In this document: positions 28,819-38,185 of the stretch, piece after piece
Numbering within the stretch: the stretch's first letter is position 1
How the letters are laid out: the number at the start of each line of letters is the position of its first letter
Virus record (IMG/VR): IMGVR_UViG_3300045988_021623
Span: 1 to 42,484 of that record
Reading direction: 5' to 3' (one strand)
Length of the DNA stretch: 42,484 bases
DNA from: a virus
Notes under the pieces: model-generated
Databases searched by the model: none
Seen by the model: the letters and a program-made list of their open reading frames with translations, nothing else
What the model was told of the DNA's origin: nothing
Made by a program: the position numbers and the translations under genes

Positions 28819-31005
28819 TTAGTACAGCAGCACGGGCTTACCCGCCGCGCGCGTCATGTTGTTAATGTTCTTCACGGTGCTGCGTGCGATTTCCTTGCCG
28901 TCGAGCTGCACCACGACCGTGGTTGTTCCGCCGCCAGATTCCGCCATAGCCTGTTTAAATGCATCAACCATCGTTGCAAGCGGCGTTTCGATATTCGTTC
29001 CGCTCTTCTGGTCGCCCAGCACGGCGAGAAATTCTTTGTTCGGGGGAATGACTGCACCGCGAGCCAATGCAGGAGCGGAGACACGGCTAATCGAAGGAGC
29101 GCGAGAAGGACTTCCAAAGCCGCCACTTCTGGTTCCAAATCCTCCGCTTCGGCCAGAATTCGATTTTGCAATAGAATTCTGCGCTTCAACAAATTTTTTC
29201 CCGAACCAGCTAACGGCATTAGCCACCCACGTTTTTACAGCCTCCCATGCGGATTTTATGCCCGAAAGGAAACCGTTAATCATCTTCTTCCCTGTCTCTT
29301 TCCAATGGGAAACTCCAACATATTTAGCAACACTGTTCTTCCACCACTGCTTAATGTTACTCCACACGCCTTTGAGTTTCTCAAGGATTGCGTCCCAATT
29401 GAGCGCAGCCGCAGTAACGAGAGAAGCGCCGCCTGCAAGCATCATTCCGAATGCAATAGGCCAAGCCGCTGGGCAGAAAATTGCAAGCATGATACCAAGC
29501 GCAAGCAAACTCTTTGCGGCAAAAAGGAGAATTTCCGTTAACTTGCTTTTTGTCTTTTCCGTTGTGCTATTCCAATTCAGAGCAACAGCACTTGCAAGGG
29601 AAGCCGCCCCGATAATGATAAGTCCAATTCCGAGTGCGATATGAGCACCGGACAGACAGAGAATTACGCCGATTGCAAGCGCCGCAAGCCCAATGTAAAC
29701 AAGAAGCGTCTCAAGGGTTTCCTTCGTTTTGTCTGCGACCGCGTTCCAGTTCAAGGCGACTGCCGTTCCCAGCATAGCCGCTCCTGCAATCATTAGCCCA
29801 ATGCCGAGGGGAATATTCGCCCCAGAAAAGCAAAGAATCGCGCCAATCGCAAGGGCAGATACGCCAAGAATCATAAGTACGTTGGTAATCGCCGCCCTTA
29901 ACTTGTTTGGCATACAGTCCCAATTCTCTTTAATAAGCGTTACAAGTCCCACCGCACCAGCGGCCATAAGCGCAATACCAAGCGGAATATTTGCACCGGA
30001 AAAGCAGAGTATCGCGCCAAGAGCCAAAAGCGCACCGCAAAGATAAGCCGTGATTTCGTCAATCTTCGCTTTATACGCATCGCTCTTGAATTGCTCAAAT
30101 ACAGGGGATAAACGGTCTGCAAGCGCAGATGCCGCGCCACCGCCTCCACTCGAACTCGACAGAGTGTTGATCTCATCAAAACTCGCAAGATTTGCTTGTG
30201 CGTCCTTTGCCGCCGCGCCGACTTTTTCAACAGCATTTGCCTCTTTATAAAGGCTCTTTGCTGCTGCCTCCGATTTTTTTGCCGTAGTCCCAAAAATCAT
30301 AGAGACGATATTTGCAATTGCACTAACAACTGCATTGAGGATGTTCACAAGCGCAATAAACGCCGGAACGACTACGCCAAGAAGCGGCTGTGCCAAAGTG
30401 AGAAGCGACCCCTTTAAGTTTCCAATGGCCGCAACTGCTTCATCGTTTGTCTGGATAACCTTCCAAACATAATCGCGAACAACAGATAATGCTTTTGCAA
30501 TAATCGTAAAGACAAACGCCCTAAGCGCCAGCCGCTTAACTCTGTTGGAAAACCGCGCAAGAAATGCGTCTGCTTTCTTTGTAGCTTCCCCCATTGCCAC
30601 CATGCGAGTTCCTGCGCCAGAAATTTTTTCAGAAAGCGCCCCTGCGTCTGTTTTCATCTTGTCAAGGCTTCGAGTATCTGCGCGAATAGCCGCGTCCATT
30701 TTCTCAACTTTAGAAGTTACGGAATCATATTCTCGTTGCAAGGATTTAACAGTTCGCTCTTGCTCCTTCACGGAATCGGCGGTAAAAAACTCATTGCCAC
30801 TGCGCATAGATTCAAGAGTTGCTTTTGCTCGGTCAAGGCTTGCCGCAAGCTCTTCCGATTGTTTTGCAAGCGGCATTTTTTGCTGCTGTTTTTGATAGAT
30901 TTTATCGTTTAGAGTGTCGATCTTTTTGACAAGCTTGTTTAGCTCTTTTTGCGCATCTTTATCGTCCAACTTTGCGCTAAAAACTACGGAACCGTCAGCC
31001 GCCAT
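28819..31005 (-). CDS. Tail tape measure protein
   Basis: 728 aa with a coiled-coil N-terminus. It has four internal hydrophobic repeats (ILCFSGANIPLGIALMAAGA-type). The position is after the chaperone genes. Confidence 0.85.
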   Translation of the reverse strand: MAADGSVVFSAKLDDKDAQKELNKLVKKIDTLNDKIYQKQQQKMPLAKQSEELAASLDRAKATLESMRSGNEFFTADSVKEQERTVKSLQREYDSVTSKVEKMDAAIRADTRSLDKMKTDAGALSEKISGAGTRMVAMGEATKKADAFLARFSNRVKRLALRAFVFTIIAKALSVVRDYVWKVIQTNDEAVAAIGNLKGSLLTLAQPLLGVVVPAFIALVNILNAVVSAIANIVSMIFGTTAKKSEAAAKSLYKEANAVEKVGAAAKDAQANLASFDEINTLSSSSGGGGAASALADRLSPVFEQFKSDAYKAKIDEITAYLCGALLALGAILCFSGANIPLGIALMAAGAVGLVTLIKENWDCMPNKLRAAITNVLMILGVSALAIGAILCFSGANIPLGIGLMIAGAAMLGTAVALNWNAVADKTKETLETLLVYIGLAALAIGVILCLSGAHIALGIGLIIIGAASLASAVALNWNSTTEKTKSKLTEILLFAAKSLLALGIMLAIFCPAAWPIAFGMMLAGGASLVTAAALNWDAILEKLKGVWSNIKQWWKNSVAKYVGVSHWKETGKKMINGFLSGIKSAWEAVKTWVANAVSWFGKKFVEAQNSIAKSNSGRSGGFGTRSGGFGSPSRAPSISRVSAPALARGAVIPPNKEFLAVLGDQKSGTNIETPLATMVDAFKQAMAESGGGTTTVVVQLDGKEIARSTVKNINNMTRAAGKPVLLY

Positions 31006-31078
31006 AAAATCACCACCTTGCTTTTAGTTTTTTGTTGTGCTATGGTAAAAGAACAGTATTTAATGGGAGGGAAATAGA

Positions 31079-31717
31079 ATGAAAGCCGTGAAAAGAATCT
31101 TGGTGTTCCTTATTGTCTTCTTTGCATCGTTTCTTCTTATCATGATTGTGGGAGTTGCTACAACACCGGACGAACAAGAAACTATGCCGGCATGGGTTGG
31201 TGTTGCCCTTATAGCAATACCTATTCCGTTAGGAATTTTAGCTGTTAATAAAGCCGTCCCACAAACTTATGATGAAAAAATCAAGATGCAAACAGTAAAG
31301 TGCAAACTTCAACTTGTCGGTGGGCTTGATCTCGCAACAGGGTCTATTTGCTCTGCCGTTTGTTCCCCGGAATCCATTTCATTTTCAGCGAGCGGGCAAA
31401 CCTTCACCCTTTCGCCAAGCAAGCTTATCGATGTTTCTGTTATGACGCCGCAGGAAATTCAAACTCAATACGTTTCGAGTATTGGAGGTGCAATTGCGGG
31501 AGGAATTTTACTCGGCCCAATCGGCGCAGCTCTTGGCGGGTCAACACAGAAAAAGCAGTCCAAGATTGTCCGACAGTACCTTATTTTCGCGTACCAAAGC
31601 GATTCCGATGTTAAATACATCGTATTTGACGTAACCGCTGCTCCGCAAAACGGTAAGAGGATTAGCAAGATTTACGCGCATCTAAAGAAAACCGAGAATA
31701 AGCAAATAACCCTTTAA
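31079..31717 (+). CDS. Membrane protein moron, opposite strand inside the tail operon
   Basis: GGGAGGG RBS; AT-rich. It has two N-terminal TM segments and a glycine-zipper segment IGGAIAGGILLGPIGAALGG. It has its own terminator. Confidence 0.7.
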   Translation: MKAVKRILVFLIVFFASFLLIMIVGVATTPDEQETMPAWVGVALIAIPIPLGILAVNKAVPQTYDEKIKMQTVKCKLQLVGGLDLATGSICSAVCSPESISFSASGQTFTLSPSKLIDVSVMTPQEIQTQYVSSIGGAIAGGILLGPIGAALGGSTQKKQSKIVRQYLIFAYQSDSDVKYIVFDVTAAPQNGKRISKIYAHLKKTENKQITL

Positions 31718-32319
31718 TCCGAACCGGCTCGCTCGTGGGCCGGTTCTTTTTTGCCAAGCCACGCACTAAGAGCATCTGATTCCTCCTTTGACAGCTTCTT
31801 CGGAATGTCAATGAGGTCTTTGTTTCGCCTGTAAAAGTCCCTATCCGACTTGTCAAGAGGCCTCCCTTTCGCTTTCAGTTCTCGGATTCGGACAATCTGC
31901 GCAAATAAGCAATCCCCAATTTCCATATACGCAGACAAAAACGTGAACCAGTGAACCCCACCAGAGTTTGTATTCGCGTCATATTCGCTTTCTCTAATCT
32001 CTCTCCCAAGGACGCGGTTGATAGGGGAAACGATGAGTTGAAAATCCTTCTCCCAGTCCACTATCTCTGGTTCTTTTTTCTTGTCATCGTGAGTTTTCCC
32101 ACCGTTAATAAACCAAAACATTCTTTCAATTGCCGAATCATAGTCTGGGATATTATCAAAATCAACGAAGAAGAGTTTAAGGGCGGTATAAGCCCGTTCT
32201 TCATCGCTTAGTTCTTCATCGTCCAAAACTTCAAAAATTGTCAAAATAACCCGAAAGTCATATCGAATAAAAAAGTTTTGGCCGTTGATCTCTACGCTTT
32301 TAGGAAGTCCGTAGCCCAT
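31714..32319 (-). CDS. Gp15-family tail assembly protein
   Basis: Contains MGYGLPKSVEINGQNFFIRYDFRVILTIFEVLDDEELSDEER. It lies upstream of the tape measure gene. Confidence 0.55.
   Translation of the reverse strand: MGYGLPKSVEINGQNFFIRYDFRVILTIFEVLDDEELSDEERAYTALKLFFVDFDNIPDYDSAIERMFWFINGGKTHDDKKKEPEIVDWEKDFQLIVSPINRVLGREIRESEYDANTNSGGVHWFTFLSAYMEIGDCLFAQIVRIRELKAKGRPLDKSDRDFYRRNKDLIDIPKKLSKEESDALSAWLGKKEPAHERAGSD
31721..31752 (+). terminator. Rho-independent terminator of the moron
   Basis: GAACCGGC (31721-28) pairs with GCCGGTTC (31739-46), followed by TTTTTT. Confidence 0.7.
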
Positions 32320-32331
32320 ACCGCCCTCCGT

Positions 32332-32754
32332 TTAATGCTTCTGGACTTTATCGAGATACTTTTTAATTCTCGGATTCGTGAATTTCTGTTCACGGGAGAA
32401 CGTATTATCGATTTCGTCCATTACGGCAAGCATAAAATTGCACCACACAGGAACGCCCTCGGCCAGTGCGTAAACATTCATGCCGCCAAAAAGATCATCT
32501 GCAATGTGTGCCCCGAAAACGGCGTCAATGATCTCGCGCATCTCCTTGTCGCGCTCACGGGTAAATTCAAAGATGAGCTTTTTGTCTCCCATCTTTTCAA
32601 TCTGCGTTTTGTATCCTTCCTGCTTTTTGTCGAGGTCTTCAAAGGCAAGGTAGAGCCTTTCGACAAAGTTGCTGTCGGTAGGGTTAAACGACACCTCGCA
32701 CTTCCCATTTACGGCGTAAGTTACAAGGCCGTCGCCAAAATTAAGTTCCTGCAT
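32332..32754 (-). CDS. Tail assembly chaperone
   Basis: 140-aa acidic ORF directly after the major tail gene. Confidence 0.55.
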   Translation of the reverse strand: MQELNFGDGLVTYAVNGKCEVSFNPTDSNFVERLYLAFEDLDKKQEGYKTQIEKMGDKKLIFEFTRERDKEMREIIDAVFGAHIADDLFGGMNVYALAEGVPVWCNFMLAVMDEIDNTFSREQKFTNPRIKKYLDKVQKH

Positions 32755-32765
32755 GATGTTCCTCC

Positions 32766-33290
32766 TTATTCGCCCTCGGTAAACGTGATCGTGCTGCCAG
32801 AGATAGCGGCAGTGCCGACCGTGCGCGTGCCGCCAAGCGTCACGTCGATAGGCATACCGATAAAGCCTCCACCCTCGCCGCCGAGGGAAGAGGGCTTAAC
32901 CATGCAGGACGAATAGCGCTCCGCGAATACTGCGGTCTTTGCCGTGCCTGCATAAGCGTGGACAATCAGCACGTCCTGATTCGCCAGCGCCGCCGCGTTC
33001 TGCTCCTTGACCGCGAGATTCCAAATCTTGACGATGGCAGGATCCCCAGCGTCCAGATCGGACGGGTCAAAGGTCTGCGTGATGATGGGTTTCTTCATGG
33101 TCGTGCGCGTCGTGCCAAGAATATCCTTCGAGGAATCCTCCTGCCAGTCATATTCCATGCTGGAATCTGTGACGCGCGTACCGAAGGGCGACCACGTGGG
33201 GGTTCCAGTTTCGCCCGTGTTGAGACACGCAATCAGAAGTTCTCGGTCTACGGTCTGCCCCGCCGTGGTGTTAAAGGTCATATCAGCCAT
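32766..33290 (-). CDS. Major tail protein
   Basis: 174 aa: MADMTFNTTAGQTVDRELLIACLNTG...TPTW. The position and size fit phi13-type major tail proteins. Confidence 0.65.
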   Translation of the reverse strand: MADMTFNTTAGQTVDRELLIACLNTGETGTPTWSPFGTRVTDSSMEYDWQEDSSKDILGTTRTTMKKPIITQTFDPSDLDAGDPAIVKIWNLAVKEQNAAALANQDVLIVHAYAGTAKTAVFAERYSSCMVKPSSLGGEGGGFIGMPIDVTLGGTRTVGTAAISGSTITFTEGE

Positions 33291-33693
33291 TTTTAATCAC
33301 CTCGTAGTTCATTTTCATAAGGATTTGGTGATCCTCGTCGCCGTTCTCATACATGGCGAAAAGCGAAGATCGCGTTGTCGGCTCAATGCGAATGACGCGC
33401 CGGCCGTCGCCAATGTCAGGCGGTGTCTCGCTTGCAGCCCAATCGCCCAAGGCGTTAAGCAGCTCGTCAGCTTTGAGCCGTTTGTCGTTGCTATTTCCCG
33501 GCTTCATGCGGTAGATGACCTTGAATTGGTATTCCGCCTGATACCCGCCGAGAATATATTTCTGTACGATGTATGCCGCCTGAATCGTAGACAGCGCCAT
33601 CGCCGCAGTATCGGCGGGAAGAAATTCGAACCGAATCAAATCAACCGGCTTGTCAGGGAATGTGTTTAACCACGCAAGCAGCTTTCGGGACAC
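33283..33693 (-). CDS. Tail completion / head-tail joining protein
   Basis: 136-aa ORF in the connector block. Confidence 0.45.
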   Translation of the reverse strand: MSRKLLAWLNTFPDKPVDLIRFEFLPADTAAMALSTIQAAYIVQKYILGGYQAEYQFKVIYRMKPGNSNDKRLKADELLNALGDWAASETPPDIGDGRRVIRIEPTTRSSLFAMYENGDEDHQILMKMNYEVIKNG

Positions 33694-33724
33694 TTGATCT
33701 TCTTCCGCTGCCGATACCGTCTTT

Positions 33725-34144
33725 TTAATCTGCTCCGTACTTCTTCACCGCCTTTTCTGCTACGCGCAACCATTTATCAAGGTTCTGTGCTTTCGATGCT
33801 TCGCACCAATGGGCTTGTGCCTGTGGATGCGCCGTGTTGTTGAACACTAAATTGCGGTCAGTCACGACCTTTGTACCGCCTTTCGGCGCGTATGTGCTGC
33901 CGGTATTTGGGTCAACCATGACTTTCCCGTAATACAGGGGCCTCGCATAAGGGCCGGGGTAGATGATGTCGTTGCCAACTACCCTTGTACGCTGCGTTAA
34001 CGAGCCTGTGAGCATCGGCACAAAGGGCTGAGTGTCTTTCTCCATCTGCTCGGCTAAAACGTGCTCAGCGCGCGTACAAGCCTTTGCAATGGCAGCCCTT
34101 ACAACGTCCATTCCATCGGTATGCACGGAAAACTTGATGCCCAT
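33725..34144 (-). CDS. HK97 gp10-like/minor capsid-2-like head-tail joining protein
   Basis: LAEQMEKDTQPFVPMLTGSLTQRT...IIYPGPYARPLYYG. Confidence 0.5.
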   Translation of the reverse strand: MGIKFSVHTDGMDVVRAAIAKACTRAEHVLAEQMEKDTQPFVPMLTGSLTQRTRVVGNDIIYPGPYARPLYYGKVMVDPNTGSTYAPKGGTKVVTDRNLVFNNTAHPQAQAHWCEASKAQNLDKWLRVAEKAVKKYGAD

Positions 34145-34593
34145 TACGCACCTCCGACTTCCCAGTGCTGCATATCGGGGCTACCGTAGTCCATAGCGTC
34201 AACCTTGGTCACGTTGTAGCAATCGTCATGGCTTAATACGACGGTCATGTCGTCCGATACAAATTCGCCCTTCACAAAGCACGTCATGCCACCGTTTCCC
34301 TTGTATGAGAGCGTCCACAAATCGGACTTATCCGCCGACTTAAAGAATGATTGCGGACCGATGTAAGTTTTTGGTTTACCTGTTACCCCGTCCACCGCTT
34401 CCGCGGCGAACGGGATATACAGATTCACAGCGTCAGCGCCCTCAAGACCGCTTTCGCGCACATTCACGCCCTTCGACGCTTGCAGCATCACGCCACGCAG
34501 GATTGTGGTATAGACCTTTTCGACCTCATCAAGAGTTGCCGGGTCGGTCTCCTGCACGATATTGTAAATCGTTACAGTGTGGGGAGCATACAT
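34144..34593 (-). CDS. Head closure/minor capsid-like protein
   Basis: 149-aa ORF in the connector block. Confidence 0.45.
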   Translation of the reverse strand: MYAPHTVTIYNIVQETDPATLDEVEKVYTTILRGVMLQASKGVNVRESGLEGADAVNLYIPFAAEAVDGVTGKPKTYIGPQSFFKSADKSDLWTLSYKGNGGMTCFVKGEFVSDDMTVVLSHDDCYNVTKVDAMDYGSPDMQHWEVGGA

Positions 34594-35009
34594 CTACAAC
34601 CACCTCCGCGATACAGCAGCCCGGTATGGGCAAGGTATTCCATGCACGTTTCCGCAAGCAGTTTCTTTGCCCCGTCCGTCGCATTGAGTGCAAACAGGGC
34701 GGATTCCCCGCCCGTTGCAAGCGTTCTGGAATGACTGCCTACCGTCTCGCTTTTGACTTCTGCGTCCTTCGCCGCAGCGTTGGTGAGGTTCTTCATGGCA
34801 AGCGCTTGCGCCGCCTCGATGACCGCATACTTGTCAACCAGCGCACAGCAGCACATCTTTACCGCGTCAAGATCGGCGTGGTCTTGTGCTCTGTTGCGCG
34901 TGTAGTAGTCGAGGAAGGAGCTGGCGCGGACAACAAGACGCGGGAAGTCATTTTCGCTCACAGCGCCCATGTAAGTGCCGGAGTAGTATTCAAAGTCTGC
35001 GTAAGTCAT
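34572..35009 (-). CDS. gp6-like head-tail connector protein
   Basis: MTYADFEYYSGTYMG...FPRLVVRASSFLDYYT; directly after the capsid gene. Confidence 0.5.
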   Translation of the reverse strand: MTYADFEYYSGTYMGAVSENDFPRLVVRASSFLDYYTRNRAQDHADLDAVKMCCCALVDKYAVIEAAQALAMKNLTNAAAKDAEVKSETVGSHSRTLATGGESALFALNATDGAKKLLAETCMEYLAHTGLLYRGGGCRCMLPTL

Positions 35010-35029
35010 ACGAGTCAGCTCCTTTCAAA

Positions 35030-36244
35030 TCAGGCAGAAACAGTAACGGTGGCAGTGCCGGTCTTGGCCCCGTCCTGCTTGGACTTCGCGGTAACGGTGA
35101 TGCTGCTCTTGGTTTCGGTAGCAGAAACAGTCAGAACGCCCTCATCGCTGATCTTGCTCTTCGTGCCGTCCTGAGACCATTCGACCTCACCGTTGATGAT
35201 GCCTTCGCCGTCGACCTTGGCGGTAAACAGTTTGCTCTCGCCCTTTTTTACGGTGGCGGTAGCAGGGGTCACGGCGACGGTGGAAATAGCGCCGCCCTTG
35301 CCATAAACGGAGAAGGGGAACGGATTTGCCTTTTCCGCATTGTAAGCGTTGATGGGGTTCGCGATCTCCCAGCCGAGACGCATGACGGCGCGCAGCGCGA
35401 CCATATCGTTCTGCATGAGGTTGTAGGTGATGGCTTTGGTGGTGGGATCCTGAATAACGCCCTCAGTGAAAATCTTGAAGGTCATGTCCTGACGAATGGC
35501 ATAGACAAGCTGGCTCCAATCGCCGACGATCATCTGAGCCTGTGCGGGGTCAAACGCGCCGTTCATGGGGAAGTACATGTCCATGCCGTCAAGGCCATAG
35601 CGGGTAGCCCCCTGCATATCGGTCTTGAAAATAGGCTGACCGGAAGTGTCGCGAAGGCCGCGCAGCTTACCGCGCATCTGGATAGCGGACATAACGCCAT
35701 TGGGGTTGAAGCCGTCAAGCTCGACCTTGGAAATCAGGCCGCCATCGCCCATGATGTCGCTGAAAATGTCGGAGCTGATGGGCACACCGTTGCCGGCAGC
35801 GACAGCAGCAGGAACAACGCCGGTGCGCCAAGTGCTCGGCTTGTTCGTGCCAAACAGGATTGCCGCGTCAATGACCTTGCCGAAAGCCTCGGTCAGGCGG
35901 GGCTTGACCTCGCCCCAAATGTCATAGTCCGCATCATCGAGAGCAGCCTCGGGAATGGGGACGATAACCGCGATTTCCTCGGCGTACAGCTTCTTCTTGT
36001 CCCACGCCATCTTGGTGGTCTGCTTGAATGCCTCGCCTGCGCCACTGTCAGCGGCTTCGCCATTGACAAAGTATGCAGAGGGAAGTGCGTCAAGCACGTT
36101 GATGGTCTGCGTCTTGCTGGACATATTCGCCAGACGACGGCCCATGCGCAGGACAGCGGATTCCGCGATAGCGCCCTGCATGATCTCGCGGGTTACGGGT
36201 TCCGGAATAAGTCCGGAAAGTGCGGAACGATCAATACTTGCCAT
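35030..36244 (-). CDS. HK97-fold major capsid protein with C-terminal Ig-like (Big_2) domain
   Basis: 404 aa with a capsid-like N-terminus. The C-terminus VAVTPATATVKKGESKLFTAKVDGEG...VEWSQDG...GVLTVSA is a Big_2 pattern. Confidence 0.85.
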   Translation of the reverse strand: MASIDRSALSGLIPEPVTREIMQGAIAESAVLRMGRRLANMSSKTQTINVLDALPSAYFVNGEAADSGAGEAFKQTTKMAWDKKKLYAEEIAVIVPIPEAALDDADYDIWGEVKPRLTEAFGKVIDAAILFGTNKPSTWRTGVVPAAVAAGNGVPISSDIFSDIMGDGGLISKVELDGFNPNGVMSAIQMRGKLRGLRDTSGQPIFKTDMQGATRYGLDGMDMYFPMNGAFDPAQAQMIVGDWSQLVYAIRQDMTFKIFTEGVIQDPTTKAITYNLMQNDMVALRAVMRLGWEIANPINAYNAEKANPFPFSVYGKGGAISTVAVTPATATVKKGESKLFTAKVDGEGIINGEVEWSQDGTKSKISDEGVLTVSATETKSSITVTAKSKQDGAKTGTATVTVSA

Positions 36245-36262
36245 GTTGTAATCTCCTTTTCG

Positions 36263-36760
36263 TTACTTTAGTGCGCCGCGAATCAGACTGTTCATCGCGG
36301 CATTATTCGCGTTCGGTTTGTCGCCGCCGCCCGCAGGAGCCGTCCAGTCAAACTTGACTTTCTGGCGATTTTCCGTGAGCTTATCAACGGCCTGCTCAAA
36401 AGTGGTCTTGTCGTCCACCATTCTGAGAGCCTTGAACGCGATAAACTCTGCATCATCGCCAGTCAGGCCTTTGGAAAGCACGTACTTATCACGCTTGACC
36501 TGTTCAAGCTCAGACTGTGCAGCGGATAAAGCGCTCTTGCTGTCTGCAAGCTCCTTATCGCGTTTTGCCTGTCGCTCCTGTTCGGTCTGCTGGACGTCTT
36601 TCCACGTGCGGTATGCGGTGATTTCTTCTTCGCTGGGGTACTTCTTCCGTTCTCTGTCAAGCCTCGCCTGAATCATCTTGTCAACGTCAGCCTGAGTGAA
36701 CGTCTTTTCCTGCTCTTGCGCAGTCGTTCCCGTGCTCTGCACGGTGGGTTCTTCTGCCAT
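36263..36760 (-). CDS. Capsid scaffolding protein (DUF4355-like)
   Basis: Charged helical protein FTQADVDKMIQARLDRERKKY. It lies immediately upstream of the capsid gene. Confidence 0.7.
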   Translation of the reverse strand: MAEEPTVQSTGTTAQEQEKTFTQADVDKMIQARLDRERKKYPSEEEITAYRTWKDVQQTEQERQAKRDKELADSKSALSAAQSELEQVKRDKYVLSKGLTGDDAEFIAFKALRMVDDKTTFEQAVDKLTENRQKVKFDWTAPAGGGDKPNANNAAMNSLIRGALK

Positions 36761-36798
36761 AAAAATCTCCTTGTTTAACGACCTGTCGGTCAGTGTTG

Positions 36799-36844
36799 AT
36801 AAAACAAAAGAGCCAACCTGTAAGCGTTCCTTACAAGTTGGCTC
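36799..36844 (-). terminator. Strong Rho-independent terminator inside the head module
   Basis: On the minus strand, GAGCCAACTTGTAAG pairs with CTTACAGGTTGGCTC (15-bp stem with one mismatch), followed by TTTTGTTTTAT. Confidence 0.7.
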
Positions 36845-36867
36845 CTATTGCCCTTTCCCGCGCCCTA

Positions 36868-37026
36868 TTACGCGGGAGTGCTGTATTTGATTGTTTTCTT
36901 GACTTCTAAAACGACGTACCCGTCTCCTTTGCGGCGAATTTCCACATCGTTACCGCGCTTCAAAATTGCATCGATTGCCTTTTTGACTTCTTCCCAGTTC
37001 AATACAGCATCTTTGTCCTTTCCCAT
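36868..37026 (-). CDS. Small hypothetical protein (52 aa)
   Basis: The product is MGKDKDAVLNWEEVKKAIDAILKRGNDVEIRRKGDGYVVLEVKKTIKYSTPA. It overlaps the end of the MuF-like gene and is not in the ORF track. Confidence 0.4.
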   Translation of the reverse strand: MGKDKDAVLNWEEVKKAIDAILKRGNDVEIRRKGDGYVVLEVKKTIKYSTPA

Positions 37027-38174
37027 TGCAGCGGCAACCCCGCCGCTTCACTAAAAGCCTTATATTTGGCGTTCAGCCTTACAAGTTTCGCTTTTGCGGC
37101 ATAATATTCGTCCTTTTGCTCACTTGCCTTATACGCTGTTGCAAGCCTTTTCTGCTTGATAATCTGGCGTTCAACACGCCGCTGCATCTGTGTCGCTTCG
37201 TATGCGGTATATTCCTTTCCGTCAAGCTCACAGCCGAGATCATCATCAATATGCTCAAGCTGCTCATCTGTATATGTTCGTTCGCTTACGCCCTCAACCC
37301 AAACGTTGCGGCGGTGGCGGCAGTTGGCTCCTTCCAGACCGTCAACAGCCCCCAGACCGCACACCTCGTAGATATTCGGGTAGATGTCATTTGCGCGAAT
37401 ACTGTAAACCTTGCCTTGCCAGTCCTTATGGCTTGACCACGGTGACGGCCCCGGCTTATCACGCGCGCCAGCATGGGCGGAAACCTCGAAATACGGAGTT
37501 TCGAGATACTGCGCCGACTGCTCCGTATATTTAGCGCAAATTTGATTTACACCAGTCATCACGGCTCTGCGCGCCGCCACATCGATCTGATCTCGATGCC
37601 CGCTCTCATAGTCGACGACCTTCAATCCGCTGTCTGCAAGTTGCTTTACTGCCGTCTTGATTGCCTGATTGTAATTGATCGAGCCACTCTGGATTTGCAT
37701 TGTAGCATTATCCAGCGCCCATTGATATGCTTTGGCGGGGGGCAGCATTGTGCGCCCAGCGTCCACCAGAAAGCCCATAGATGCGGTTAGGTTGCGGAAT
37801 GTATCAAGTGTCTGCGTCCTGATTGCATCCACCGTGGCAGCATCAACCAGCGTCTCGGGCTGGGTGATGTGCGCAAGGTCAATCAACTCGGTGTAATACT
37901 TCTGGTTGCGCTCCACCACATCGTCAAGCAGCTCATTCAACTTCGTTTCGCTGATACCGGAAGTTTTGCGAATTGCTTTCTCAATCTCTTTTAGGTCGAT
38001 GCCATGTGAGCGGAGCGCGCGAATGTCTTGCACGGTTACTTCGTTTAGTTGGTCTGACGCTTTGAGACGGGAGCAGATTTCTTCCAGCAGCGTGATTTCA
38101 AGCGCCCGGAACAGTTCTGCAAGCTCTTCCGGCAACGCGTCAAGCAGGTCTGGGCTAAAAGGGTAAGGCCGCAT
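36999..38174 (-). CDS. Head morphogenesis protein (SPP1 gp7 / Mu F family)
   Basis: 391 aa directly after the portal gene. The family call rests on position and size, plus a conserved-looking C-terminal stretch LEGANCRHRRN. Confidence 0.75.
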   Translation of the reverse strand: MRPYPFSPDLLDALPEELAELFRALEITLLEEICSRLKASDQLNEVTVQDIRALRSHGIDLKEIEKAIRKTSGISETKLNELLDDVVERNQKYYTELIDLAHITQPETLVDAATVDAIRTQTLDTFRNLTASMGFLVDAGRTMLPPAKAYQWALDNATMQIQSGSINYNQAIKTAVKQLADSGLKVVDYESGHRDQIDVAARRAVMTGVNQICAKYTEQSAQYLETPYFEVSAHAGARDKPGPSPWSSHKDWQGKVYSIRANDIYPNIYEVCGLGAVDGLEGANCRHRRNVWVEGVSERTYTDEQLEHIDDDLGCELDGKEYTAYEATQMQRRVERQIIKQKRLATAYKASEQKDEYYAAKAKLVRLNAKYKAFSEAAGLPLQWERTKMLY

Positions 38175-38185
38175 ACCCCGTCACC

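Noticed and set aside
31714-32754. Programmed -1 frameshift joining the two tail chaperone ORFs (G/GT type)
   Set aside because: The downstream ORF has its own ATG and GGAGGG RBS after a 12-nt gap. I did not identify a slippery heptamer near the end of the upstream ORF. A frameshift cannot be excluded without closer analysis.
34886-36271. 461-aa plus-strand ORF
   Set aside because: It is antisense to the major capsid gene, and its Gly/Ala/Arg-rich translation is typical of GC-rich antisense frames.
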